The notes below the pieces were generated by a model. The model did no database searches and was not told where the DNA came from. It worked only from the letters and a program-made list of their open reading frames with translations. From Desulfuromonadaceae bacterium (GTDB lineage: Bacteria; Desulfobacterota; Desulfuromonadia; Desulfuromonadales; Desulfuromonadaceae), in the NCBI GenBank assembly GCA_016936455.1, contig JAFGXV010000035.1:3618-67617 (forward strand): a stretch of 64,000 bases of DNA, written 5' to 3'. The first letter of the stretch is position 1, and every line of letters begins with the position of its first letter. This document shows, piece after piece, positions 30,945 to 39,144 of the stretch. A program made the position numbers and the translations under genes.

Positions 30945-31360
30945 TCAACATCAGTCAAAACCGTCGCGCCCGCCGCCAGGGGCTGGAGATCAACATCGCG
31001 CCGCTGATCGACATGGTATTCATCCTGCTCATTTTCTTCCTGGTCACCACCAGCTTCGTGCGCGAAACCGGCGTCGAGGTGGAACGGCCGGCGGCCGCCA
31101 GTGCTGTCGCCCAGGAAAAAGCCAGCCTGCTCATCGCCGTCACCCGCGACAACCAGGTAGTGATCGAGGGCCGCCCGGTCGATGTCCGCGCCGTGCGGAT
31201 TCACGTGGAGCGGGCGCTGGCCGAGAATCCCGAAGGCGGCATCGTGATTGTCGCCGACCGCAGCAGCAACACCGGACGCGCTATTGCCGTGCTGGATGCC
31301 TGCCGCCTAGCCGGAGCACACGATATCGCCCTGGCCGCCGGCGAGGCCACCGCCGAATGA
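30941..31360 (+). CDS. exbD: Biopolymer transport protein ExbD
   Basis: INIAPLIDMVFILLIFFLVT, IVAD. Confidence 0.92.
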   Translation: MINISQNRRARRQGLEINIAPLIDMVFILLIFFLVTTSFVRETGVEVERPAAASAVAQEKASLLIAVTRDNQVVIEGRPVDVRAVRIHVERALAENPEGGIVIVADRSSNTGRAIAVLDACRLAGAHDIALAAGEATAE

Positions 31361-32013
31361 GACGCGTTGGACCCAGCCGTCACTGGCCGTTGGCCCTGGC
31401 CGCGACCCTCGGCCTGAACCTCGGCCTGTTCCTGCTGCTGCCGCAGCTGGTGCAGACCGGCACCCCACGCGCCCTGTCCTCGCCTGCGCTGCCGATCCAA
31501 ATCGTCTCCCGGCCCCGACAGGCTCCTCCGCCACCCCAGCAGGCGGCCAAGGAACCGCCGCCCCGGCCGCAACCGCCCCAGGCCCTGCATCAGATGCGTC
31601 CCGATCAACCCGTACCCCAGCTGCAACTTGACCTGCCACTGCAGCCCGAGTTGCCGAGCCTGAGTCAGGGTATTGTGCTGCCCGACATCCAGCGCACCGC
31701 CCTGGCCCCTCTGCCTTCGGTGTTTGACAGCAGCCAGCTCGATCAGCCCCTGCAGCCCCTGGCTCAATCCCCCTTTGTCTATCCCATGCGCGCCAAGCGG
31801 CTGGGCATCGAGGGCTCGGTGCGCGTCGAACTGCTGGTTGATAAACAGGGGCAGGTCGAACAGGTCAAAATCCTTGACGCCCAGCCGTCAGGCTTTTTCG
31901 AGCAGACGGTCGAGCGCGGCATCCGCCTGTGGCGTTTCAATCCCGGCACGGTGCAGGGAGAACCCGTGCGCAGCCGCGTGACCACCACCATCCGCTTCGA
32001 GCTGGAAGACTAG
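31357..32013 (+). CDS. tonB: Energy transducer TonB
   Basis: N-terminal TM, Pro-rich linker, YPMRAKRLGIEG, WRF.P. Confidence 0.9.
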   Translation: MRRVGPSRHWPLALAATLGLNLGLFLLLPQLVQTGTPRALSSPALPIQIVSRPRQAPPPPQQAAKEPPPRPQPPQALHQMRPDQPVPQLQLDLPLQPELPSLSQGIVLPDIQRTALAPLPSVFDSSQLDQPLQPLAQSPFVYPMRAKRLGIEGSVRVELLVDKQGQVEQVKILDAQPSGFFEQTVERGIRLWRFNPGTVQGEPVRSRVTTTIRFELED

Positions 32014-33282
32014 ATGCAACGGGTCCTCCTTTCCCTCGCGCTGCTGGTCAGTCTGGTCGGACTGGATACGTCAGCGGCCACGGCGCTCCAGCCCTTGACA
32101 CTGCGCGAGCAACAGGCGCTCATCACCGCCCAGAATCAGATGGCGGAACGCCACTTTGACGCGGCACTGAAAAGTCTGGCACCTTTCCTGGCACGCAGCC
32201 CCCATCACCCGCTATTCGACTTCAGCCGCGGCAGTCTGGATCTGCTGCAGGACCGGCCGGCCGAGGCGCTGCCCTGGTTTGTGCGCACCCTGGAACAGGA
32301 TCCCGACGCACTGTCCGCCTGGCTTAACCGCGCCCAGTGCCACTACCGTCTCGGGCAGTTCGGCGAGGCCGCCACGGCCTTCGAACGCTGCTTTGCCCTG
32401 CAGAGTCCGCCACAGCCCCAGTGGCGCTACAACGCCGCTCTGGCCTGGCTGCAAGCCGGCGACCACGGTCAGGCCGAGATACTGCTGGGCCAACTGCTTG
32501 ATGAGTTCGCCGACCAGATCAAACCGGACTGGCGCGCGGCACTGGTCCAGAGCTACCTGGCACGCGGCCGCGCCGATCTCGCCATCCCCCAGCTTGAAGC
32601 CCTGAGCGAAACCACGACGGATCAGACCCAGCGCCGCTGGCGCGAGATCCTGGTGCATCAGTATCTGCAGCTGGGACGCAAGGAAACGGCTCAACGGTAC
32701 CTTGAGCGTCTCGTCGCGGAAGATGGCCTGGAAGCGCGCTGGTGGCGGCTGCTGGCCCATCTCCATCTGGAAAGCCAGCAGTACCACGAGGGCTTCGTCA
32801 CCCTGCAGGTCGCCAACCTGCTGGTCGCGGGCGATGAGCGGGAACAGCAATTGATGGCCGATTTGTGCCTGCAGCTGGGCATCCCCCAGCAGGCCCTTGA
32901 GCGCCTCAAGGCGTTACAGGCAAGTGATCCGCAGGACAGCCGCCTGCTCAACCGGCTGGCCACAGCCAGCCTGCAGTGTCACCAGCCACAACAGGCTCTG
33001 GCCTGGCTGGAGCAGATTCCGGCACCGCAGCCGGATGCGGTGCGCGAACTGCGGGCCCAGCTGCTGTTTCTGCTGGAACGCTATGAGGAGGCCGGGCGGG
33101 CGTATCGTCAGCTCGCCGAAAGCCGCTCCGGCCCCAGCGCTGGCAGTGCCTGGCTTCTCGCCGGCTATGCCGCATGGAACCGCGAGGACTGGTCCGGGGC
33201 GCGTCAGGCTTTGCAGCGTGCGTCCCGCTATGGTAAACAGCAGGCCACGGCCCGACGCCTGCTTGAACAGCTGCCCCAATAG
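32014..33282 (+). CDS. Tetratricopeptide repeat protein (TtpD-like)
   Basis: Signal peptide and many TPR-like helical repeats; last gene of the TonB operon. Confidence 0.8.
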   Translation: MQRVLLSLALLVSLVGLDTSAATALQPLTLREQQALITAQNQMAERHFDAALKSLAPFLARSPHHPLFDFSRGSLDLLQDRPAEALPWFVRTLEQDPDALSAWLNRAQCHYRLGQFGEAATAFERCFALQSPPQPQWRYNAALAWLQAGDHGQAEILLGQLLDEFADQIKPDWRAALVQSYLARGRADLAIPQLEALSETTTDQTQRRWREILVHQYLQLGRKETAQRYLERLVAEDGLEARWWRLLAHLHLESQQYHEGFVTLQVANLLVAGDEREQQLMADLCLQLGIPQQALERLKALQASDPQDSRLLNRLATASLQCHQPQQALAWLEQIPAPQPDAVRELRAQLLFLLERYEEAGRAYRQLAESRSGPSAGSAWLLAGYAAWNREDWSGARQALQRASRYGKQQATARRLLEQLPQ

Positions 33283-33305
33283 CCGCTCCGGCATCTGCGA
33301 ATCAA

Positions 33306-33346
33306 TTTTGCAAAACTGCAAAAAAACTTTTTCCTGTTTTGCAAAA
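33306..33346. promoter_or_regulatory. Putative sigma54 enhancer (UAS) of satP1
   Basis: Two TTTTGCAAAA palindromes 31 bp apart plus a TGCAAAA half-site; near reverse complement of 35205-35244. Confidence 0.65.
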
Positions 33347-33493
33347 AAGAAAAATCAACAAAATCATATAGTTAGCGGCACACCCCAATAGGTTTAGCCC
33401 CTTCTCCCCTCATCAGCGGCAGAATCTTCCCTTTCGCAGCAATGCAAAAAACGCTCTTCCCGTCCAAGAAAAAATTGCAGCAGAAAAAAACTC

Positions 33494-33506
33494 TAACCAT
33501 TTGATT
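33494..33506 (-). promoter_or_regulatory. IHF site
   Basis: AATCAAATGGTTA matches WATCAANNNNTTR; lies between the UAS and the -24 element. Confidence 0.65.
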
Positions 33507-33536
33507 TAATAGAGATAAAATCTCTTCATTTCTTCT

Positions 33537-33552
33537 TGGCACAGCCAATGCA
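33537..33552 (+). promoter_or_regulatory. sigma54 promoter of satP1
   Basis: TGGCACAGCCAATGCA. Confidence 0.8.
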
Positions 33553-33593
33553 AAAGTGGATTAACAACACCAACCAAGGAATTGAAGACCACC

Positions 33594-34427
33594 ATGCGCG
33601 ATAAAATTGTCTGCCCTTTTTTTCGCAAAAACGAGGATCACTGCGATGTCGGTTGCGGCTACATCTCCAACCACGATGTCAAGATGATCATCAGTTACTG
33701 CGCCGATGATTACGGCCAGTGCATGAAATTCCGGGAACTGGCTGACCGTTATCCCACGATGTTGAATTACACGGCATCCCTTGATGCCACACTGCCTTCC
33801 AATCACATAACAAAGGAGAGAAAGACCATGGCCAACGAACTGAAAAACCTGTCCCTGCAAGACACCACTGCTAACCCCGCGCCGCTGGGCCTGCTCGGCT
33901 TCGGCATGACCACCGTGCTGCTCAACCTGCACAATGCCGGCTTCTTCCCCCTCGACGCCATGATCCTCGCCATGGGCGTCTTTTACGGCGGCATCGGCCA
34001 GATTATCGTCGGCATCATGGAGTGGAAAAAGAACAACACCTTCGGCGCTACCGCCTTTACCTCTTACGGGCTGTTCTGGCTGACCCTGGTCGCCCTGATC
34101 CTGCTGCCGAAAACCGGTATGGTTGCAGCCTCCTCGCCGTTCGCCATGGGCTTCTACCTCACGGTATGGGGCATGTTCACCGCCGTGCTGTTCCTCGGCA
34201 CCTTCCGCCTCAACCGCGCGCTGCAGGTCGTTTTCGGCTCGCTGACCATCCTGTTCTTCCTGCTGGCAGCCGGCGACTTCAGCGGCATCCACGGCGTCAA
34301 AGTGATTGCCGGCTATGAAGGCATCTTTTGTGGCCTGTCCGCTATCTACACCGGCCTGGCCCAGGTCATGAACGAAGTGTTCAACCGCCAGGTTGCTCCC
34401 CTCGGCGCAATTGCCGTCAAGAAGTAA
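33594..34427 (+). CDS. satP: SatP/YaaH acetate-succinate transporter, copy 1, with in-frame Cys-rich N-terminal extension (core starts at 33828)
   Basis: ANPAPLGLLGF signature, NNTFGATAFTSYG; internal AAGGAG RBS before ATG 33828. Confidence 0.88.
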   Translation: MRDKIVCPFFRKNEDHCDVGCGYISNHDVKMIISYCADDYGQCMKFRELADRYPTMLNYTASLDATLPSNHITKERKTMANELKNLSLQDTTANPAPLGLLGFGMTTVLLNLHNAGFFPLDAMILAMGVFYGGIGQIIVGIMEWKKNNTFGATAFTSYGLFWLTLVALILLPKTGMVAASSPFAMGFYLTVWGMFTAVLFLGTFRLNRALQVVFGSLTILFFLLAAGDFSGIHGVKVIAGYEGIFCGLSAIYTGLAQVMNEVFNRQVAPLGAIAVKK

Positions 34428-34441
34428 ATCGTTCTTTCACC

Positions 34442-34478
34442 AAGCCGGGCCTTCACGCCGTGAAGGCCCGGCTTTTTT
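34442..34478 (+). terminator. Terminator after satP1
   Basis: AAGCCGGGCCTTCAC-GCC-GTGAAGGCCCGGCTT followed by TTTT. Confidence 0.85.
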
Positions 34479-34498
34479 ATGTCAAGAAGTGTACGGAC

Positions 34499-35200
34499 AT
34501 GTCGACCAAACATCCGGTGAAACCGTTCAAGATCAAGTGGCCTGCGGCAACCCTGCTGCAACAGGTTCTGCAACAGCAGAACTTTTTTTCTGTCGCCAAA
34601 CCGGCGGCGGTCAGCGAGACGCAGAGAGCCTGCCAGCTGGTAGACACCACGGCCAATCCCGCGCCACTGGGTCTGCTCGGCTTCGGCATGACTACCGTGC
34701 TGCTCAACCTGCACAATGCCGGCTTCTTCCCCCTCGACGCCATGATCCTCGCCATGGGCGTGTTCTACGGCGGTATCGGCCAGATCCTGGTCGGGCTGAT
34801 GGAATGGAAGAAGAACAACACCTTCGGCGCCACTGCCTTTACGTCGTACGGACTGTTCTGGCTGAGTCTGGTCGCCCTGATCCTGCTGCCGAAAACCGGG
34901 CTGGTGACGGCCTCCTCTCCGGTGTCCATGGGTTTTTACCTGACGATCTGGGGATTGTTCACGGCGGTCCTATTCCTCGGCACCTTCCGCCTCAACCGCG
35001 CCCTGCAAGTGGTGTTCGGCTCGCTGATGTTGCTGTTCCTGCTGCTGGCAGCTGCGGACTTCAGCGGTAATGGCGCGCTCCAGATCTATGCCGGCTACGA
35101 AGGCATTTTCTGTGGCCTCTCAGCGATCTATGCCGGTCTGGCCCAGATGATGAACGAAGTGTTCCAACGCACGGTGCTGCCGATGGGGACGTTCCGTTAG
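34499..35200 (+). CDS. satP: SatP/YaaH transporter, copy 2, with a distinct ~45-aa N-terminus
   Basis: DTTANPAPLGLLGF; start codon uncertain. Confidence 0.82.
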   Translation: MSTKHPVKPFKIKWPAATLLQQVLQQQNFFSVAKPAAVSETQRACQLVDTTANPAPLGLLGFGMTTVLLNLHNAGFFPLDAMILAMGVFYGGIGQILVGLMEWKKNNTFGATAFTSYGLFWLSLVALILLPKTGLVTASSPVSMGFYLTIWGLFTAVLFLGTFRLNRALQVVFGSLMLLFLLLAAADFSGNGALQIYAGYEGIFCGLSAIYAGLAQMMNEVFQRTVLPMGTFR

Positions 35201-35204
35201 GCGG

Positions 35205-35244
35205 TTTTGCAAAACAGCCGAACCGTTTTTGCATTTTTGCAAAA
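35205..35244. promoter_or_regulatory. Putative sigma54 enhancer (UAS) of satP3
   Basis: TTTTGCAAAACAG-N8-TTTTTGCA-T-TTTTGCAAAA. Confidence 0.65.
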
Positions 35245-35427
35245 CAATCTAAACCGTTAAAAAAACGAATTTTTCAGACTTCGCGAAAATTCTTCAAGTA
35301 ACCAAACCATTTTTTTTTGCACAAACGCGAATTGAAAGAGCACTACAGCAAGACAAAAAAAACGCATAAAATAAAAAAACAAACAAATTCAATATATTGT
35401 ACGCAGAAAAGAAAACAGAACAGTTTT

Positions 35428-35443
35428 TGGCACAGCCCCTGCT
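35428..35443 (+). promoter_or_regulatory. sigma54 promoter of satP3
   Basis: TGGCACAGCCCCTGCT; IHF-like ATTCAATATATTG at 35387-35399. Confidence 0.78.
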
Positions 35444-35571
35444 ACAGAGACAACCATCCACGCGACGAACGGCTTGAACAACCCGCGCTGGAGAAAAAAT
35501 AAAACAGACGACAGCGTCTCAGACCCGACATAGAAACAACCCATTCACTCACTGAACAAGGAGAACAAACC

Positions 35572-36162
35572 ATGGCGAACGACACCCAAAACCTGTCCCT
35601 GCAAGACACCACTGCCAACCCCGCTCCGCTGGGCCTGCTCGGCTTCGGCATGACCACCGTACTGCTCAACCTGCACAATGCCGGCTTCTTCCCGCTGGAC
35701 GCCATGATCCTCGCCATGGGCGTCTTCTACGGCGGCATCGGCCAGATCATCGTCGGCGTCATGGAGTGGAAAAAGAACAACACCTTCGGCGCCACCGCCT
35801 TTACCTCTTACGGTCTGTTCTGGCTGACCCTGGTCGCTCTGATCCTGCTGCCGAAAACCGGCATGGTCGCGGCTTCCTCGCCGTTCGCCATGGGCTTCTA
35901 CCTGAGCACCTGGGGCCTGTTCTCCGCCGTGCTGTTCCTCGGCACCTTCCGCCTCAACCGCGCTCTGCAGGTCGTGTTCGGTCTGCTGGTGATCCTGTTC
36001 TTCCTGCTCGCAGCGGCAGACTTCTCCGGTAATCATGCTCTGAAAATCATCGCCGGCTACGAAGGCATTCTCTGCGGCCTGTCCGCCATCTACACCGGTC
36101 TGGCTCAGGTCATGAATGAAGTCTTCAACCGCGAAGTTGCACCCTTAGGCGTTATCAAATAA
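35572..36162 (+). CDS. satP: SatP/YaaH acetate transporter, copy 3
   Basis: Canonical 196-aa protein, NPAPLGL signature, AAGGAG RBS. Confidence 0.93.
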   Translation: MANDTQNLSLQDTTANPAPLGLLGFGMTTVLLNLHNAGFFPLDAMILAMGVFYGGIGQIIVGVMEWKKNNTFGATAFTSYGLFWLTLVALILLPKTGMVAASSPFAMGFYLSTWGLFSAVLFLGTFRLNRALQVVFGLLVILFFLLAAADFSGNHALKIIAGYEGILCGLSAIYTGLAQVMNEVFNREVAPLGVIK

Positions 36163-36201
36163 ACCATACCCATACCCAACCAAACCAATAACGCCCATCT
36201 G

Positions 36202-36234
36202 AAAAGCCACCTGCCCTGGTGGCTTTTCTTTTTT
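36202..36234 (+). terminator. Terminator after satP3
   Basis: AAAAGCCACC-TGCCCT-GGTGGCTTTT followed by a T run. Confidence 0.8.
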
Positions 36235-36354
36235 TACGCCATGCTTTTTCCATGACTTTTCGACGCTATTGTGCTTAAATTGCGCGTTTTTCAAGAAATT
36301 GAGACCAGTTCCGGGGTCTAAGGACTGGCCGATCTAAAAAGGGAGTAAAATTTT

Positions 36355-36918
36355 ATGTACAACTGTTCCGATCTGAAAAAAGGACTGAAAGTGATGATCG
36401 ACGGGGAACCGCACGTCATCGCCCAGTTTGACTTTTCCAAGCCGGGAAAGGGCCAGGCCCTGTATAAATGCAAACTGCGCAACATGATTACCGGCTCGCT
36501 GTTTGACCGCACCTATCGCAGCGGCGAGAGCTTTGAACCCGCGCCGCTGGAAGAGCGCGACATGCAGTACCTGTATCAGGATGAAACTGGCTACGTGTTC
36601 ATGGACACCAAAAGCTTCGAGCAGATTTCCCTGAGCGCCGACACGCTGGGCGATGACAAATACTTTCTGGTCGACAACATGGAAGTCAAGATTCTGATGT
36701 TCGGCGAGGTTGGCATCGGCATCACCCTGCCCAACTTCGTCACCCTGCGCGTTACCCAGGCCGATCCCTGGGTCAAGGGTGACACGGCGGCCGGCAACAA
36801 CAAGCCCGCAACGGTGGAAACTGGTTACACCCTGCAGGTTCCTTCCTTTGTGGATGAAGGCATCCTGATTCAGATCGACACCCGCACCGGCGAATATGTG
36901 ACCCGCGTCAAGGAATAA
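36355..36918 (+). CDS. efp: Elongation factor P
   Basis: KPGKGQA loop, KGDTA, DTRTGEY. Confidence 0.97.
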   Translation: MYNCSDLKKGLKVMIDGEPHVIAQFDFSKPGKGQALYKCKLRNMITGSLFDRTYRSGESFEPAPLEERDMQYLYQDETGYVFMDTKSFEQISLSADTLGDDKYFLVDNMEVKILMFGEVGIGITLPNFVTLRVTQADPWVKGDTAAGNNKPATVETGYTLQVPSFVDEGILIQIDTRTGEYVTRVKE

Positions 36919-36921
36919 ACC

Positions 36922-37833
36922 ATGTCCTTTTCCTGCGCGCTGGAGCAAAAACGGTCGCGCCTGCAAGCCCGAGCCCGGATTTTCAACGAAATCCGGGCTT
37001 TTTTTACCTGCCGGGACTTTCTCGAGGTCGAAACCCCCCACCGCATTCCGAGCAACGCCCCCGAGCTGCATATCGACGCCCAGCCCAGCGGCGAGCAGGT
37101 TCTGCATACCTCGCCGGAGCTGTGCATGAAACGGCTGCTGGCCGCCGGCTATCCGCGCCTGTTCCAGATCTGCCACTGCTGGCGCAGCGCCGAGCGCGGC
37201 GCGCGCCACCTGCCCGAGTTCACCCTGCTGGAATGGTACCGCGCCCACAGCGACTACCACAGCCTGATGGACGATTGCGAGCGGCTGCTGACCCGGCTGA
37301 TTCCCGACACCCAACTCCATTATCAGGGACAGACCATCGACCTCACCCCACCCTTCGAGCGACTGACCCTGGCTGAGGCCTTTGCACGCTACGCGCCGCT
37401 GTCGCTGGAGCAGGCTTTGGCCACGGATCAGTTCGAGGAACTCTACAGCGATCAGGTCGAGCCGGATCTGGGCCGGGGGAAACCGACAATCCTCTATGGC
37501 TTTCCGGCTTCCATGGCCGCGCTGGCGCGCTGCTGCCCAATCAACCCGCACCAAGCTGAGCGTTTCGAGCTCTATATCGCCGGACTGGAACTGGCCAATG
37601 CTTTCAGCGAGCTGACCGACGCGGCCGAACAACGGCAGCGTTTCGAAGCCGAAGAAGCCCTGCGCCGGGCGCAGGGCAAACCCGGCTACCCGCTGCCGGA
37701 AGCGTTTCTGCGCGACCTGGCTCACATGCCCCCCGCCGCCGGAATCGCCCTGGGCCTCGACCGCCTGGTGATGCTGCTGACCGATGCGACGACCATCGAC
37801 CAGGTGGTGGCCTTCACGCCCGAGGACCTGTAG
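36922..37833 (+). CDS. epmA: EF-P lysine aminoacylase EpmA/GenX
   Basis: LHTSPELCMKRLL, HLPEFTLLEWY, ELANAFSELTD, GIALGLDRL; adjacent to efp. Confidence 0.93.
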   Translation: MSFSCALEQKRSRLQARARIFNEIRAFFTCRDFLEVETPHRIPSNAPELHIDAQPSGEQVLHTSPELCMKRLLAAGYPRLFQICHCWRSAERGARHLPEFTLLEWYRAHSDYHSLMDDCERLLTRLIPDTQLHYQGQTIDLTPPFERLTLAEAFARYAPLSLEQALATDQFEELYSDQVEPDLGRGKPTILYGFPASMAALARCCPINPHQAERFELYIAGLELANAFSELTDAAEQRQRFEAEEALRRAQGKPGYPLPEAFLRDLAHMPPAAGIALGLDRLVMLLTDATTIDQVVAFTPEDL

Positions 37834-37977
37834 TTACCGAGCCTGTGACCAATCGCCATGCAGCACTCTGCCCCCTCTCAGGCTGCACAAAACCACAATC
37901 GTTTCTGCGCCAAACCGGCGCAAAAAATGCGCGAGTCCCCCTGTCCGCCAAAGACGGGTTTCGCTAGGATAACCCCC

Positions 37978-38072
37978 ATCAGCTCCTGTTGTGGCAGGCG
38001 GGAGTTGACTCCTTCTTCCTTGTTGTTCACACAAAAAGGCCGGATCGGTTGCCTCCCCGATCCGGCCTTTTT
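37978..38072 (+). ncRNA. Candidate trans-acting small RNA
   Basis: TAGGAT -10 at 37965, 5' hairpin, CU/GU-rich linker, strong terminator; no credible ORF. Confidence 0.5.
38033..38072. terminator. Bidirectional terminator
   Basis: AAAAAGGCCGGATCGG...CCGATCCGGCCTTTTT. Confidence 0.88.
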
Positions 38073-38091
38073 GCATCCTCTGTTTTGTTCC

Positions 38092-39141
38092 TCAGCGCGC
38101 ATCGGGCTGCTGTGGATAGTGGACCAGCGTTCCGTCCGCCGCGCGCAACCGAGCCTCATCGCCCAGACACTCGGTATAATCGGGCGTCAGGGGAATCTTG
38201 CCCAGGCCTCCGGGCAGATCGACGATATAATGGGGCATGGCCAGCCCGGACAGGCGACCTCGCAACCCGGCCATGATGGCAATACCGGTTTCCAGGCGGG
38301 TCCGAAAATGGGCGGTGCCGCGGGTCAGATCCATCTGGTGCAGATAATAGGGGCGCACGCGCAGGCGATAGAGACGATAAAACAGGTCATACAATACCTG
38401 CGGATCGTCATTGACCCCGCGCAGCAGCACCGTCTGGTTGATCAGCAAGATCCCTGCCGCCACCAGCTGCTCGCAGGCAGCCACGGCCTCGGGCGTCAGC
38501 TCTGCCGGGTGGTTGAAGTGGGTCAGCAGGTACAGGGGCTGACAGCGCCCGAGCAGCGCACACAGCTGCGGCGTAATACGTGAGGGCATCGCCATGGGAG
38601 CCCGGCTGCCGAGGCGCAGCACGTCGACGTGGGGGATACGACGCAACCGCTCGAGAATTTCCTTGAGCAGGCTGTCGGGCAGCGTCAGGGGATCGCCGCC
38701 GGAAAGAATTACCTCGTTCATCTCAGGATGTTCGGCGATATGGTCAATGGCCCGCATCACCTCGCCGAGACTGACGGCTTGATCACGGCAGCCGACGCGG
38801 CGCTTGCGGGTACAGAAACGGCAGTAGCTGAAACAGCTGGAGCAGACCAGCAGCAGCACGCGATGGGGATAGCGGTGAACCAGCTGCGGCACCGGAGACA
38901 GAGCTTCCTCATTGAGCGGATCAGAGGGTTGCAGACCGTCGGCCAGTTCCGCCGGATCCGGAACAAACTGTTGCCGAACGAGCTGTGGCGCACTTTCAGC
39001 CAGCTTCATCAGGTGCGGCGTCAGGCGCACGGGATAGCGCTCGGCCACAGGTTCCAGATCGGCTGCGTCCAGAGCAAAACGCTGCGCCAGCACCTGCACA
39101 TCCGAACAGGCCTGACGGAGTTCAACTTGCCAGAGCTCCAC
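38092..39141 (-). CDS. epmB: KamA-family radical SAM lysine 2,3-aminomutase, probably EF-P beta-lysylation protein EpmB
   Basis: HRYP, CFSYCRFC, SGGDPL, NQTVLLRGVND, PGGLGK; next to efp-epmA. Confidence 0.82.
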   Translation of the reverse strand: MELWQVELRQACSDVQVLAQRFALDAADLEPVAERYPVRLTPHLMKLAESAPQLVRQQFVPDPAELADGLQPSDPLNEEALSPVPQLVHRYPHRVLLLVCSSCFSYCRFCTRKRRVGCRDQAVSLGEVMRAIDHIAEHPEMNEVILSGGDPLTLPDSLLKEILERLRRIPHVDVLRLGSRAPMAMPSRITPQLCALLGRCQPLYLLTHFNHPAELTPEAVAACEQLVAAGILLINQTVLLRGVNDDPQVLYDLFYRLYRLRVRPYYLHQMDLTRGTAHFRTRLETGIAIMAGLRGRLSGLAMPHYIVDLPGGLGKIPLTPDYTECLGDEARLRAADGTLVHYPQQPDAR

Positions 39142-39144
39142 CTT

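Larger units (their letters stand above)
33847..36140 (+). repeat. Tandem triplication of satP coding sequence
   Basis: Long near-identical DNA stretches (e.g. CTCAACCTGCACAATGCCGGCTTCTTCCC) occur in all three copies; copies 1 and 3 are the closest. Confidence 0.85.

Noticed and set aside
32011-32016. TAG-ATG in-frame junction as pyrrolysine or read-through fusion
   Set aside because: The downstream protein has its own signal peptide; simple translational coupling is more likely
35317-35502. 61-aa Lys-rich ORF upstream of satP3
   Set aside because: It translates A-tracts of the promoter and overlaps the sigma54 site
33847-36140. Repeated DNA as a possible CRISPR array or mobile element
   Set aside because: The repeats are paralogous satP coding sequence; there are no spacers, cas genes or transposase
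37858-38583. 241-aa plus ORF and short minus ORFs crossing the epmA-epmB gap
   Set aside because: They run through a strong terminator and/or antisense to epmB, with no recognisable motifs
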